Origin: Gammaproteobacteria bacterium
GTDB lineage: Bacteria > Pseudomonadota > Gammaproteobacteria > Eutrophobiales > Eutrophobiaceae
Assembly (NCBI GenBank): GCA_965243205.1
Contig: CBDEUK010000001.1
Coordinates: 128,001-192,000, forward strand
Length of the DNA: 64,000 nucleotides
Direction of reading: 5' to 3'
The translations under genes and the position numbers were made by a program. Positions 38,767-49,895 of the stretch are shown in pieces; the stretch's first letter is position 1, and every line of letters begins with the position of its first letter. The notes beneath the pieces are model-generated. The model searched no databases and was not told the origin of the DNA. It saw only the letters and a program-made list of their open reading frames with translations.

Positions 38767-39222
38767 ATGCAAATATGGGTAGACGCAGATGCTTGTCCTG
38801 TAGTAATAAAGGATATTATTTTTAGAGCGGCAACACGAACTGAAACAAATGCTACATTAGTTGCTAATCAATATATAAAAATTCCTTCTTCACCTTTTAT
38901 AAAAATCATACAAGTACATGCTGGATTTGATGTGGCAGATAATGAGATTATTAAACATGTACAAGATGGAGATTTAGTTATTACAAGCGATATTCCTTTA
39001 GCCGATGGAGTTATTACAAAAGGAGCAAAAGCATTAAGCCCTAGAGGAGAGTTGTTTACACACGATAATATAAAATCTCGCCTAAGTATTCGAGATTTTA
39101 TGGAAACATTACGTAACAGTGGAATACAGACAGGTGGACCAAATACTTTAAGTCAGAATGACCGAAAAGCTTTTGCTGCTCATTTGGATAAATGGCTTGT
39201 ACAAAAGCAACAAAACAATTAA
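38767..39222 (+). CDS. YaiI/YqxD (DUF188) protein
   Basis: [22 protein letters not shown] and SPRGE motifs. Confidence 0.92.
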   Translation: MQIWVDADACPVVIKDIIFRAATRTETNATLVANQYIKIPSSPFIKIIQVHAGFDVADNEIIKHVQDGDLVITSDIPLADGVITKGAKALSPRGELFTHDNIKSRLSIRDFMETLRNSGIQTGGPNTLSQNDRKAFAAHLDKWLVQKQQNN

Positions 39223-39230
39223 AAACATTA

Positions 39231-40598
39231 TTATATCAATGAACTTATATCAGATAATTTAGAAACCGTTCGTATCGTTAAACCTTCTGGAGTGTTTTTT
39301 GGAAGATTGCTTTTAGGAACAATGGCAAGTTTAAAACCATGTTTAGCAGCCTCTTTTAAACGATCCTCACCATTTTGCACTGGCCTAATTTCACCGGCCA
39401 AACCCACTTCTCCAAAAACAATAACATCATTTGGCATTGGTTTGTTTTTCAAACTTGATAACACAGCAAAGACGATTGCCAGATCCGCCGCAGTTTCATT
39501 GATACGAACGCCACCAACTGCGTTGACAAAGACATCTTGATCGTAAGTAACTATTCCCATATGCCGATGCATTACCGCTAGTAACATTGCTAAGCGATTA
39601 TGATCTAAACCAACAGTTAAACGCCTTGGTTGTGGGCTATGCGACTCATCAACCAAAGCTTGTATCTCCAATAAGATTGGCCGCGTACCTTCACGCGACA
39701 CCATGATAATGCTACCAGGAACTTGTTCTTCATGACGTGATAAAAAGATTGCAGAAGGATTAGTAACTTCTTTTAAACCTTGCTCCGTCATTGCGAACAC
39801 ACCTAACTCGTTCACAGCACCGTAACGATTTTTAACCGCTCTTATTAGTCGGTATCGTCCTCCTGGATCACCTTCAAAATATAAAACGGTATCGACCATA
39901 TGTTCTAATACACGTGGTCCAGCTAAAGCCCCTTCTTTGGTGACATGGCCAACTAAAAACACCATGATATTATTTTGCTTAGCTAAACGAACCAATTGTG
40001 CAGTACATTCACGAACTTGTGCGACAGCACCTGGCGCTGATTGCATAATGTCCGAATAAACGGTTTGTATAGAATCAATAACCACTAAGCCAGGTTTTTC
40101 TTGCGAGATCACTCGCATGATTTTTTCTAAATGATTTTCGGTATAGATACGTACCTTATCAACCGTAAGTTCTAAACGTTTAGCACGTAAGCCTACTTGT
40201 TGGCTGGATTCTTCGGCCGTAACGTATAAAGTGGGTAAATCAGAATTACTGGATAACTCTGAAAGCATTTGAATTAACAACGTTGATTTACCAATACCCG
40301 GATCGCCGCCGAGTAATACAACTGAACCTTGTACTAAACCACCACCAATAGCACGATCTAATTCTTTAATACCAGAACTTAAACGTGCAGATTGTTCAAC
40401 TTCAACATGACTTAAATCTTGAACTTCAGAAGCAACTGATAAATGTTCATGACGTTGTTGTTTATGATTACTGGATGAAACATCAACGACATCTTCTACT
40501 AAAGTATTCCATTCTTTACATTCAGGACATTGGCCAATCCATTTTGGTGTTATAGCGCCACAATTAGTGCATTGATATTGTGTTTTTAGTTTAACCAT
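39231..40598 (-). CDS. radA: DNA repair protein RadA/Sms
   Basis: CxxC...CxxC zinc finger, GDPGIGKST and KNRYG motifs. Likely ATG at 40598, overlapping the end of alr. Confidence 0.97.
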   Translation of the reverse strand: MVKLKTQYQCTNCGAITPKWIGQCPECKEWNTLVEDVVDVSSSNHKQQRHEHLSVASEVQDLSHVEVEQSARLSSGIKELDRAIGGGLVQGSVVLLGGDPGIGKSTLLIQMLSELSSNSDLPTLYVTAEESSQQVGLRAKRLELTVDKVRIYTENHLEKIMRVISQEKPGLVVIDSIQTVYSDIMQSAPGAVAQVRECTAQLVRLAKQNNIMVFLVGHVTKEGALAGPRVLEHMVDTVLYFEGDPGGRYRLIRAVKNRYGAVNELGVFAMTEQGLKEVTNPSAIFLSRHEEQVPGSIIMVSREGTRPILLEIQALVDESHSPQPRRLTVGLDHNRLAMLLAVMHRHMGIVTYDQDVFVNAVGGVRINETAADLAIVFAVLSSLKNKPMPNDVIVFGEVGLAGEIRPVQNGEDRLKEAAKHGFKLAIVPKSNLPKNTPEGLTIRTVSKLSDISSLI

Positions 40599-41670
40599 CT
40601 TCGACAAATTCTAATCGTTTATGAACAGCACACAACAATTGATACGGGATCGTATTGGCTGAGCGTGCTATTTCTTCAACAGGTAAGTCCTGTCCCCACA
40701 GTACAACAGGATCACCGACTTTTGCAGCAGGTTGATTACGCAAATCCACTGCTAGCATATCCATTGAGGCACGCCCGATTAATGAACAACGTTCTCCATT
40801 GACTAATAATGGCGTACCAGAAATGGCATGTCGTGGATAACCATCACCATAACCTGCTGCTACAATTCCGATTGGCATATTCTCTGGACAACACCATGAA
40901 GCACCATAACCAACAGGGTCTCCTGTCTTTAATTGCTTTACTGCAATGAGTTTCGATTTTAATGTCATAACAGGTTTTAAATTATGATCTGCACCCGTTG
41001 TGTCACTAAATGGTGAAATACCATAAAGCATCAAACCTGGACGGATCCAATCGCCATGACTCTCTTCGATATTTAACACTGCTGCTGAATTGGCAATTGT
41101 TTTTTCTAAAGAAAGCTCTGAAGTTAATTCATTTAAACAACGAATTTGTTGAAAGGTTAATTCTGGATCACGTTCATTTGCCGTTGCTAAATGCGTCATT
41201 AAACGTAACGGTCGGTCAATATTCGATAATTGATTTAAACGTTCATAAGCTTCGTTAAAATCATTAGGTGAAAATCCTAAACGATGCATTCCCGTATCTA
41301 TCTTTATCCAAACTTTTAGTTTGGCATTGATATTAGATGCTTCTAACATTTCAATTTGCGAAACATCATGGATCACTAATTCGAATCGATGTTTTGCAAT
41401 CAATTCGATTTCACTCTCCGCATACATTCCTTCTAATAAAATAATATTTTTTTCAATGCCTGCGTTTCGTAAGCTAATGGCTTCTTCGATACATGCAACA
41501 CCAAAGGCATCGGCATCAGACAGTTTTTTAGCAACACGTGCGATACCATGACCATAAGCATCGGCCTTAATAATCGCCATGACTTTACTATTAGGTGCGC
41601 GCTCTCGAATTATATTTAAATTATGTTTGAGTGCGGATAAATGGATATGTACTTTTGCTGGCCGACTCAT
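40591..41670 (-). CDS. alr: Alanine racemase
   Basis: AIIKADAYGHG, DTGMHRLG, RPGLMLYG and GYGDG motifs. Confidence 0.96.
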   Translation of the reverse strand: MSRPAKVHIHLSALKHNLNIIRERAPNSKVMAIIKADAYGHGIARVAKKLSDADAFGVACIEEAISLRNAGIEKNIILLEGMYAESEIELIAKHRFELVIHDVSQIEMLEASNINAKLKVWIKIDTGMHRLGFSPNDFNEAYERLNQLSNIDRPLRLMTHLATANERDPELTFQQIRCLNELTSELSLEKTIANSAAVLNIEESHGDWIRPGLMLYGISPFSDTTGADHNLKPVMTLKSKLIAVKQLKTGDPVGYGASWCCPENMPIGIVAAGYGDGYPRHAISGTPLLVNGERCSLIGRASMDMLAVDLRNQPAAKVGDPVVLWGQDLPVEEIARSANTIPYQLLCAVHKRLEFVEDG

Positions 41671-43079
41671 TCACCAAAATCCGGCGGCATCATATTATTA
41701 TATCGGTCATCGGTAATAAAATTTTCAAAACGTGTATATTGTCCCAAGAAGGATAAATTAACCGTACCGATTGGACCGTTACGCTGTTTACCAATAATAA
41801 TTTCAGCCTTACCTTTATCTGGACTATCTTCGTTATAAACTTCATCTCGATAAATAAACACGATGACATCAGCATCTTGTTCAATCGCACCTGACTCACG
41901 TAAATCAGACATCACAGGACGTTTATTAGGTCGTTGTTCCAAACTACGATTTAACTGAGATAGTGCAATCACAGGGATATTCAATTCTTTCGCCATCGCT
42001 TTTAAGGAGCGAGATATCTCTGAGATTTCCGTCGCTCTGTTTTCTGCAGAACCAGGAACTTGCATTAATTGTAAGTAATCGATGATCACAAGATCCAAAC
42101 CATGTTCACGATGAATACGTCGACAACGTGCTCGCACCTCAGCAGGAGTTAACGCTGGCGTATCGTCGATTAACAATTTTGAATCTTTCATGATCTCAAC
42201 AGCTGATGTTAAACGCGGCCAATCTTCATCCTTGAGTTTTCCAGTACGGATTTTATGTTGATCAATACGTCCTAAAGATGACATCAGACGCATAGCTAGC
42301 GAATCGCCCGGCATTTCCATACTGAACACTGCAACGGATTTTTTATCTTTAATCGCCGCATGTTCTGCAATATTAACTGCAAATGCGGTTTTACCCATTG
42401 ACGGTCGACCGGCAACAATGACCAAATCAGAATTTTGTAAGCCTGCGGTTTTTTCATCAAAGTCATCAAAGCCAGTAGCCACACCCGTAATCGGGCTATC
42501 ACGATGAAACAACTCATCAACTTTATCTAAAGCAGTGACAAGTAAGTCCTTAATCGATTGATAAGTACGGCGGCCTTTATTTTGTTGTTCCGCAATTTCA
42601 AACACAGCTTGTTCTGCGTAATCTAACAACTCTTCACTGGTACGACCTTGAGGATTGAATACGCTTTCACTGATTTCGGAAGTCGCTTTGACAAGTTGTC
42701 TTAATACAGAACGTTTGCGAATAATATCTGCATAAGCCGCAATGTTTTCAGTACCCGTACAATTCTCTGCAAGATTAGCAATAAAAGAAAGACCACCAGC
42801 CTCTTCTAATAATTGATGACTTTCCAACCATTCCGCAACGGTTACGACATCAAATGGGTGACCGTCACTATCCAATCTTGCAATCGCATGAAAAATGGTT
42901 TGGTGCTCTTTCCGATAGAGATCAGATTCTTGAATACGCTCACTGACTTTTTCCCAAGCTTCATTGTTAATAAGCACACCACCCAAGACCGCTAGTTCCG
43001 CCTCAATCGAATGTGGAGGTGTTTTTAATGATGCTACTTCAGCATCCATAGGTGGTTGCGGATTCGCAATGTCCTGCAT
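41667..43079 (-). CDS. dnaB: Replicative DNA helicase
   Basis: PPHSIEAE, GRPSMGKT, IDYLQL, SDLRESGAIEQDAD and KQRNGP motifs. No intein. Confidence 0.98.
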   Translation of the reverse strand: MQDIANPQPPMDAEVASLKTPPHSIEAELAVLGGVLINNEAWEKVSERIQESDLYRKEHQTIFHAIARLDSDGHPFDVVTVAEWLESHQLLEEAGGLSFIANLAENCTGTENIAAYADIIRKRSVLRQLVKATSEISESVFNPQGRTSEELLDYAEQAVFEIAEQQNKGRRTYQSIKDLLVTALDKVDELFHRDSPITGVATGFDDFDEKTAGLQNSDLVIVAGRPSMGKTAFAVNIAEHAAIKDKKSVAVFSMEMPGDSLAMRLMSSLGRIDQHKIRTGKLKDEDWPRLTSAVEIMKDSKLLIDDTPALTPAEVRARCRRIHREHGLDLVIIDYLQLMQVPGSAENRATEISEISRSLKAMAKELNIPVIALSQLNRSLEQRPNKRPVMSDLRESGAIEQDADVIVFIYRDEVYNEDSPDKGKAEIIIGKQRNGPIGTVNLSFLGQYTRFENFITDDRYNNMMPPDFGE

Positions 43080-43193
43080 GGTCTTCCCCAGAAATTATCA
43101 GGTAAGCCGCTGAAATATCAGCGATTTTAAAGAAAATTATTATAGGTTTGGGCCAAGTTAGAATCTTGACCCAGGAGATGGATTATACGCCGC

Positions 43194-43646
43194 TTATTCG
43201 TCTTCTGCGACTACTGTAAGTTTTAAAGTTGAACTGACATCTGGATGTAGCTGCACTGCAACGTCATATTCGCCAATGTTACGGAATGGACCTTCTGGTA
43301 ACTGAACTTCACTCTTTTTAAGCTCAACACCAGCTTCAGTAGCAGCTTCAGCAATATCATGCGGCGTTACAGAACCGAATAATTTACCTTCACTACCGGC
43401 TTTTTGTGCAATAGTAATATCCAATGCACTAATTTTATCAGCACGAGATTGAGCAGCAGCTAATGCATCAGCCTGAGCTTTTTCAAGTTCTGCGCGACGC
43501 GCTTCGAATTTTTCTACGTTTTCTTTGGTAGCAGGAACTGCTTTACCATTCGGGATTAAAAAGTTTCGACCAAAGCCAGGCTTTACGCTGACCTGCTCAC
43601 CCAAATCCCCAAGTTTTTGGATCTTTTCAAGTAATATTATTTCCAT
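43194..43646 (-). CDS. rplI: 50S ribosomal protein L9
   Basis: [21 protein letters not shown] and GKLFGSV motifs. Confidence 0.97.
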   Translation of the reverse strand: MEIILLEKIQKLGDLGEQVSVKPGFGRNFLIPNGKAVPATKENVEKFEARRAELEKAQADALAAAQSRADKISALDITIAQKAGSEGKLFGSVTPHDIAEAATEAGVELKKSEVQLPEGPFRNIGEYDVAVQLHPDVSSTLKLTVVAEDE

Positions 43647-43684
43647 CTCATAAACCTCTTTTCACTCAATTTAAGTAAACTTAT

Positions 43685-44608
43685 TCATGCTGAATCCTGC
43701 GGGATATTACGTCCCATTACCGAATCAGCTACACCAATACATGCCAGAATAATAGCGGCATATAACGATATAAATACCAGCGCGAAATACATACCGATTA
43801 ACCAACCTTGTTGATTAGGTTTTCTCGCAACAAAGGCATGCACACAAGCCACACCTTGAAAAATATACAAGCTCATGAAAACCATTAAGCAATCACGAGC
43901 AATGGAATCATCGACTAAACCATCCATGAATACGATACCCGCACAAACTGCTAAAGGCACTAATAACCACTTTGGCAACTGCAAAGACATAAACTCTTTA
44001 CGAAACCCGCCTGGGTTATAGACCTTGGATTGCCACCAACGCGCAAATAATACCGTTGACACAATTCCTAAAACGATTAAACAGGCCCGCATTCCACTCA
44101 TAAATGGAACAAAGTTATCCATAACTTGTTTCATGGCATTAATTTCTTCCACTGGTGTTTGTGGCGATAAATTTGGCAAGATATTTTTTTGCCAAAACGC
44201 TTCAAACACTTCGCGATAATCCGTAGCCACGCTAACAGTTTGTTGATGCATATAAACGATAAATAATATCGCTAACAAACCAGCAATCGTTAGCATCCAT
44301 CCTTGTGATTGCGTCTCTCTTAAAACATTAGCGACGATTAGTATCGGTAACCAAATTGCTAAGATATAAAACGCAATTGAATTAACTTGTATACCTGCTA
44401 ACAAAAACAAGCCACACAATACAATAAATGCACAAAGCGCTGTTTGTATTGCTATTGATGGCCCTTGCCTTAATGCAATGAATGCCAATGGCGTACCACT
44501 TAATAAAGTTGCTAATGGTGGTACAAATGCAGACAATACTGTAAAAAAACTTAGCGCAACGATTGCCTGCAATCGGCCTTTAGTTAAAAAACTCGCCAGG
44601 CCTTTCAT
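43685..44608 (-). CDS. DUF2232/YybS-like membrane protein
   Basis: Multi-TM protein with ARWWQSKVYNPGGFRKEF and FQG motifs, in the known slot between rpsR and rplI. Confidence 0.82.
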   Translation of the reverse strand: MKGLASFLTKGRLQAIVALSFFTVLSAFVPPLATLLSGTPLAFIALRQGPSIAIQTALCAFIVLCGLFLLAGIQVNSIAFYILAIWLPILIVANVLRETQSQGWMLTIAGLLAILFIVYMHQQTVSVATDYREVFEAFWQKNILPNLSPQTPVEEINAMKQVMDNFVPFMSGMRACLIVLGIVSTVLFARWWQSKVYNPGGFRKEFMSLQLPKWLLVPLAVCAGIVFMDGLVDDSIARDCLMVFMSLYIFQGVACVHAFVARKPNQQGWLIGMYFALVFISLYAAIILACIGVADSVMGRNIPQDSA

Positions 44609-44668
44609 ATTATGTTTCCAATATCACAATGCTGAACAAAAATACTGTTCAGCAACAACACACATTGA

Positions 44669-44893
44669 TTAATGTGCGTCGCAATATGGGATCAATGCAA
44701 GATATCGTGCTCGTTTAATTGCTGTTGACAATTGGCGTTGATATTTTGCTTTGGTACCTGAAATACGACTAGGAACAATCTTACCGGTTTCAGTAATGTA
44801 ATTTTTTAATGTGTTTAAATCTTTATAATCAATTTGTTCAACGCCTTCAGCGGTGAATCGACAATATCTTTTACGACGAAAATAACGTGACAT
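44669..44893 (-). CDS. rpsR: 30S ribosomal protein S18
   Basis: [15 protein letters not shown] and [10 protein letters not shown] motifs. Confidence 0.98.
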   Translation of the reverse strand: MSRYFRRKRYCRFTAEGVEQIDYKDLNTLKNYITETGKIVPSRISGTKAKYQRQLSTAIKRARYLALIPYCDAH

Positions 44894-44921
44894 ACTATTC
44901 TCCTGGATTCTTTTCAGTTAA

Positions 44922-45377
44922 TTACTCAGCTTCAGAATCTGATTCTGCAGGTGTTTCTTCTGCAACATCAGCAGGTGCTTCTTCTTCAGTTGTAGCTTCA
45001 GCAACAGACTCACTAGGTGCTTTTGCAGCCGGTACATCATCATTGCTATCTGATTCTTCATTGGATTTCATCAAAGGCGATTGCTCAGTAACTGCATCCT
45101 CTTGTTGAATGATTAAGTTACGAATCACTGCATCGTTGAAACGAAATGCGCTGGTTAATTGATCGAGAGTTTCTTGATCACATTCGATATTCATCAAGAC
45201 ATAATGTGCCTTATGAACTTTGTTTATAGGATATGCTAGAAGGCGTCTGCCCCAGTCTTCGAAACGGTGAATTGAACCACCATTGTCTTGAATCATAGTA
45301 CGGTAACGATCGACCATACCACTCACTTGCTCGCTCTGATCCGGATGAACCAGAAACACGATTTCATAATGTCGCAT
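44922..45377 (-). CDS. rpsF: 30S ribosomal protein S6
   Basis: [18 protein letters not shown] and [10 protein letters not shown] motifs, with an acidic tail. Confidence 0.98.
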   Translation of the reverse strand: MRHYEIVFLVHPDQSEQVSGMVDRYRTMIQDNGGSIHRFEDWGRRLLAYPINKVHKAHYVLMNIECDQETLDQLTSAFRFNDAVIRNLIIQQEDAVTEQSPLMKSNEESDSNDDVPAAKAPSESVAEATTEEEAPADVAEETPAESDSEAE

Positions 45378-45384
45378 TGTTAAG

Positions 45385-45433
45385 TCCTCATGGTTTAATA
45401 GCTACCCAGTTGCGGGCTGGTGCAGCAAGGAAA
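45385..45433 (-). ncRNA. S6:S18 ribosomal protein leader (autoregulatory RNA)
   Basis: Minus strand reads TTCCTTGC-TGCACCAG...CTGGGTAGC-TATTAAA-CCA-TGAGGA. TCCT pairs with the Shine-Dalgarno sequence, there is an inner stem, and an unpaired CCR precedes the SD, as in the S6:S18 motif. Confidence 0.75.
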
Positions 45434-45437
45434 TTAG

Positions 45438-45473
45438 GTGGGCGATGATAAAGTAAGCGTCAACGACTTGCAA
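45438..45473 (-). promoter_or_regulatory. Sigma-70 promoter of the rpsF operon
   Basis: TTGCAA, 17 bp, TATCAT, then discriminator CGCCCAC. Confidence 0.7.
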
Positions 45474-45508
45474 TAGCTAATAAAGTTATTAATTTCAATC
45501 ACTTAAAA

Positions 45509-46816
45509 TCATTTTGGCAGTAGATTCCCTGGGTTTTTGGTGATTTTTTGTACAGCATCGGTTAATTGCTGTAATTCGGAGTCATTGATCACAAATGGCG
45601 GCATTAAATACACTAATTTTCCGAACGGACGCACCCAAACCTCAGACTCCACAAACTTCAGTACAATCTTAGTCATATCGACTGGGCGAATCATTTCAAC
45701 TACACCAATAGCGCCAAGTACTCTGACTTCTTTTACTGTTTCATAATCCCTGCAAACAGCTAATGATTCAGTAAAATGTTTTTCAATACGTTGAACATTC
45801 GCTTGCCAATCACTGCTTTCCAAAAGTTTAATACTCGTTAATGCGGTTCTACAGGCTAACGGATTTGCCATAAACGTTGGTCCATGCATGAAAACACCTG
45901 GCTCAGAATTACTTATGGTTTCAGCAATATCTGTTGTGGTTAACGTTGCAGCTAAACTGATATATCCACCCGTTAATGATTTGCCTATACACATAATGTC
46001 AGCACAGATGTTGGCATATTCAGATGCGAATAACTTTCCAGTACGACCAAAACCCGTAGCGATTTCATCAAGTATTAACAATACATTATATTCATCACAT
46101 AATTTTCTAAGTTCCATTAAATATTGAGGCGAGTAGAACCACATACCACCTGCTCCTTGAACTATCGGTTCAATGATGACAGCAGCAAGTTCTGCATGAT
46201 ATTTCTGAAGCGTTTGTTTAATTTCTTGAAGATGCGTTTGTTCGCATTCTTCATCGAATCGTGGTTTTGGAGCATCAACAAAATATTGTTCAGGTAATAT
46301 ATGATTGAACAAGGTATGCATACCTGTGATCGGATCACATACTGACATCGCACCCAAAGTATCACCATGATAACCTTGTTTAAAACTAACAAAACGTTGT
46401 TTATTAGCTTGCCCCTTGGCTTGCCAAAATTGAATCGCCATCTTTAATGCAACTTCAACTGATACTGAACCAGAATCTGAAAAGAAAACCGTTTTTAATT
46501 TCTCAGGCGTAATATTAACCAGTTTTTTTGCCAGTTCAGCCGCAGGTTCATGCGTTAAACCACCAAACATCACATGTGATAACGAGTCAATTTGTTGTTT
46601 CATCGCTGCTGTTATAACTGGATGGTTATAACCATGAATCACACACCACCAAGATGCCATACCATCAACTAACTCTTGTCCTGTAGAAAGTTTTATCTTT
46701 GAGCCATTAGCAGATTCAACAGGAAACAATGGTGCTTGACTGGTAAAACTACTGTATGGATGCCAAATAAATTGTTGATCATTTAAATACCAATCAGGAT
46801 TTTGTAAATTAACCAT
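45509..46816 (-). CDS. bioA: Adenosylmethionine-8-amino-7-oxononanoate transaminase
   Basis: IWHPYS, DGMASWW, SGSVSVEVALK, DEIATGFGRTG and HGPTFMANP motifs. Confidence 0.96.
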   Translation of the reverse strand: MVNLQNPDWYLNDQQFIWHPYSSFTSQAPLFPVESANGSKIKLSTGQELVDGMASWWCVIHGYNHPVITAAMKQQIDSLSHVMFGGLTHEPAAELAKKLVNITPEKLKTVFFSDSGSVSVEVALKMAIQFWQAKGQANKQRFVSFKQGYHGDTLGAMSVCDPITGMHTLFNHILPEQYFVDAPKPRFDEECEQTHLQEIKQTLQKYHAELAAVIIEPIVQGAGGMWFYSPQYLMELRKLCDEYNVLLILDEIATGFGRTGKLFASEYANICADIMCIGKSLTGGYISLAATLTTTDIAETISNSEPGVFMHGPTFMANPLACRTALTSIKLLESSDWQANVQRIEKHFTESLAVCRDYETVKEVRVLGAIGVVEMIRPVDMTKIVLKFVESEVWVRPFGKLVYLMPPFVINDSELQQLTDAVQKITKNPGNLLPK

Positions 46817-46820
46817 TGGT

Positions 46821-47576
46821 TTAAGAATTTACTTGTTTTAATACTTCATATAAACAGACAGCGGCTGCAACAGAGACATTAAGACTTTCAACATTACCCT
46901 GCATTGGAATATTAACAAGTTGATCACAATGTTTTTTTGTATTTTCTCGTAATCCATCGCCTTCGGCACCCATGACTATTGCGGTAGAACCAATAAATTT
47001 GGTTTGATGAATAGATTGTTTTGCTTCCCCAGCCAAGCCGTATATCCATACATTATTATCTTTTAAATTTCGTAAAGTTCTAGCCAAATTAGTCACTGTA
47101 TAGAATGGAACAGATTCTACTGCACCACTTGCTACTTTACATACAGTTGGAGTCAAACTAACAGAACGATCTTTTGCAGTGATTATACCATCTACACCAA
47201 CTGCATCTGCCGTTCGAAAACACGCACCTAAATTATGTGGATCTTGTACGTTATCTAGAATTAAAAATAGTTGATTTTTTTCTTGTGTATCATTCAATAC
47301 TTGTTCTAAATCTTTTTCATTTAAGATGTTATAAGCTTCACGAAGAAGTATGACCCCCTGATGTTGAGTTGCACCTGATTTTTCTTCTAATACTTTTTGA
47401 TTGACTAGTTGGAGAGAAATGTTATTTTTTTTTGCAGTAGAAATAATTTCAGATAGATCTTGGTTATCTTTTTTATCTTTATTAATCCAAACTTCTATAC
47501 AGGTTTGTGTTGAATATAGCAAAGCATGACGAACTGCATGTAAGCCATAAATAATAATCTTGCTGGATTTACTCAT
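46821..47576 (-). CDS. rlmB: 23S rRNA Gm2251 methyltransferase
   Basis: HQG, DPHNLGACFR, GAEGDG and SLNVSVA motifs. Confidence 0.95.
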   Translation of the reverse strand: MSKSSKIIIYGLHAVRHALLYSTQTCIEVWINKDKKDNQDLSEIISTAKKNNISLQLVNQKVLEEKSGATQHQGVILLREAYNILNEKDLEQVLNDTQEKNQLFLILDNVQDPHNLGACFRTADAVGVDGIITAKDRSVSLTPTVCKVASGAVESVPFYTVTNLARTLRNLKDNNVWIYGLAGEAKQSIHQTKFIGSTAIVMGAEGDGLRENTKKHCDQLVNIPMQGNVESLNVSVAAAVCLYEVLKQVNS

Positions 47577-47580
47577 CAGA

Positions 47581-49749
47581 TTATTCTTGAACTAATTCAA
47601 AATCAATTTTTTTATCGTCGAGATTAACTCGAGTCACAATAACTTTTAAACGTTGACCTAATTGAAAAACATAATTGCTTCGCTCTCCACGTAAGCGATG
47701 TCCTGTCGCTTCATAATGATAATAATCGGCGGGCATTAAAGCAGTCACATGCACTAATCCTTCTATATAAATATCATCAAGTTCTACAAATAATCCAAAT
47801 GACGTGACTGAACTAATCGTACCCATGAATTCTTCGCCGACATGATCATGTATATATTTACACTTATACCATTGAATCACTTCACGAGAAGCATCTTCAG
47901 CTCTGCGCTCAGTTTCAGAACAATGATTAGCCATCTCTTGTACTTTATCTTGTTCATACATAAATTCTTCTGGTATATTTCCATCAATTAAATGTTTTAA
48001 CGCTCTGTGCACCATTAAATCAGGGTAACGACGGATTGGTGAAGTAAAATGAGTGTATGCATCAAAGGCTAAACCAAAGTGACCTTTATTATTTGCTTCA
48101 TAAACTGCTAAAGGCATACTTCGTAGTAAGACCATATTAATAAGATGATAATCTTCGCGGCCACTTATCTGTTCCATTAAAGTAGCGTAATCTTTAGCCG
48201 AAGGGTTTTCTCCTCCTTGTAATGACAAACCTAGCTCTGATAAAAAAGAACGAAGGTCAGCCAATCGTTCTTCTTTAGGTACTTCATGCACACGAAACAT
48301 AGAAGCACATTGCTGTTCAATCAAATGATTTGCTGCGGCCACATTGGCTGTCAACATAAATTCTTCTATTAAACGATGTGCATCATTTCGTTGATAGGTA
48401 TTGATTTCTTGAATTTGATCATTATCACCAAACTTAAAACTAGGTTCATTAGTATCAAAATCCAATAGACCATTTTTCTTGCGTCTTTCATGTAATAGTT
48501 GATACAAAGAATATAAATTTTGAATTAGAGCTAATTCATTCTTTAATTCAGAAACAACTGTTTCATCATTATTTATTACTGCTGCGACTTTGGTATAAGT
48601 TAATCTTGCAACAGACGTCATAACACCTTGATAGAATTCTTTACGTTTTACTTCGCCATTTTTATCGATGCTTAATTCACATACCATACATAGTCGATTC
48701 ACATGTGGATTCAATGAACAAAGACCATTGGACAAAACTTCTGGTAACATCGGTATAACACGCTGCGGGAAATAAACTGAGGTACCACGGTTATAAGCTT
48801 CCTTATCCAATTCAGTATCGGATATCACATAACTGGAAACATCAGCGATCGCAACAATTAAGCGCCATCCTTGTCCTTGAGGCTCACAAAAAACTGCATC
48901 ATCAAAATCTCTAGCATCTTCTCCATCAATAGTAACCAAGGATATATCTCGTATATCTTTATGATTAGGAAACTGTGAAATATCGACTTCTTCTTTCAAG
49001 CTAGAAATTTCATCTAATACCTTCTCAGGCCATTCATGAGGTAAGTTATGATTATGAATAGCAATATCTATCGCCATTCCAGGGTCGGTTGCATTTCCTA
49101 ATATTTGAGTAATTTCGCCAATGGGCTGTGAATGTTTATCGGGCTGTTCAGTGATTGAAGCAACAACAACATCTCCAGTTTTTGCATTATTTTTTTTATC
49201 ATTGGGGATAATAATATCTTGATGAATACGCTTGTTCTCAGGAATCAAAAAACCAATTGGTCCTTGTGTTTTAAAACGTCCTACAACTTGATGGTTGGCA
49301 CGTTCTAATACTTCAACAATCGTTGCTTCTTCACGTCCACGATGATCAACACCAGAAATTCGAGCTAATATTCTATCTCCATGTAATACCTTTCGCATTT
49401 GCTTAGGCGATAAAAACAAATCATTTCCACCTTGTTCTAATGCCATAAAGCCGTAGCCATCGGGATGCGCGATAATTTTTCCTTTTAATAAATCAACTTT
49501 ATCGACAGGCGCATACCCTTCTTTGCGGTTACGAATAATTTGACCATCTCGCTCCATAGCGCGAAGCCGTCGACGCAAAGCTTTTCGAGATTCGGTATGA
49601 TCTTCTTTCATTAACGCTGCTGCGATCACTCGAATACCACAAGGTTGTCCCTGTTTTTCTAAAAGCTCAAGGATTTCTTGTCGCTCTGGAATTATGAATT
49701 CGTATTCAGTCGACTGATCAATATTATTTTTTTTACTACGATTTGACAT
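47581..49749 (-). CDS. rnr: Ribonuclease R
   Basis: TIDGEDARDFDDA, RGTSVYFP and HFTSPIRRYPD motifs plus an S1 domain. Confidence 0.96.
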   Translation of the reverse strand: MSNRSKKNNIDQSTEYEFIIPERQEILELLEKQGQPCGIRVIAAALMKEDHTESRKALRRRLRAMERDGQIIRNRKEGYAPVDKVDLLKGKIIAHPDGYGFMALEQGGNDLFLSPKQMRKVLHGDRILARISGVDHRGREEATIVEVLERANHQVVGRFKTQGPIGFLIPENKRIHQDIIIPNDKKNNAKTGDVVVASITEQPDKHSQPIGEITQILGNATDPGMAIDIAIHNHNLPHEWPEKVLDEISSLKEEVDISQFPNHKDIRDISLVTIDGEDARDFDDAVFCEPQGQGWRLIVAIADVSSYVISDTELDKEAYNRGTSVYFPQRVIPMLPEVLSNGLCSLNPHVNRLCMVCELSIDKNGEVKRKEFYQGVMTSVARLTYTKVAAVINNDETVVSELKNELALIQNLYSLYQLLHERRKKNGLLDFDTNEPSFKFGDNDQIQEINTYQRNDAHRLIEEFMLTANVAAANHLIEQQCASMFRVHEVPKEERLADLRSFLSELGLSLQGGENPSAKDYATLMEQISGREDYHLINMVLLRSMPLAVYEANNKGHFGLAFDAYTHFTSPIRRYPDLMVHRALKHLIDGNIPEEFMYEQDKVQEMANHCSETERRAEDASREVIQWYKCKYIHDHVGEEFMGTISSVTSFGLFVELDDIYIEGLVHVTALMPADYYHYEATGHRLRGERSNYVFQLGQRLKVIVTRVNLDDKKIDFELVQE

Positions 49750-49850
49750 GTCATGACTATCAACTTAAAAGTCGACAGTATACATGCTAAAGCTGAATAA
49801 TTGATACAAACAAATATGTCGTTGAAAAAGCGTCAGATAAGATATTCTAA

Positions 49851-49876
49851 ATAGAATCGCATCCTTACGATTCTAT
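49851..49876 (-). terminator. Probable terminator of the DUF1800-DUF1501-CTERM operon
   Basis: ATAGAATCG-N8-CGATTCTAT inverted repeat about 20 bp after the stop at 49896. Confidence 0.55.
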
Positions 49877-49895
49877 CTAATTACTAAATCAATAT

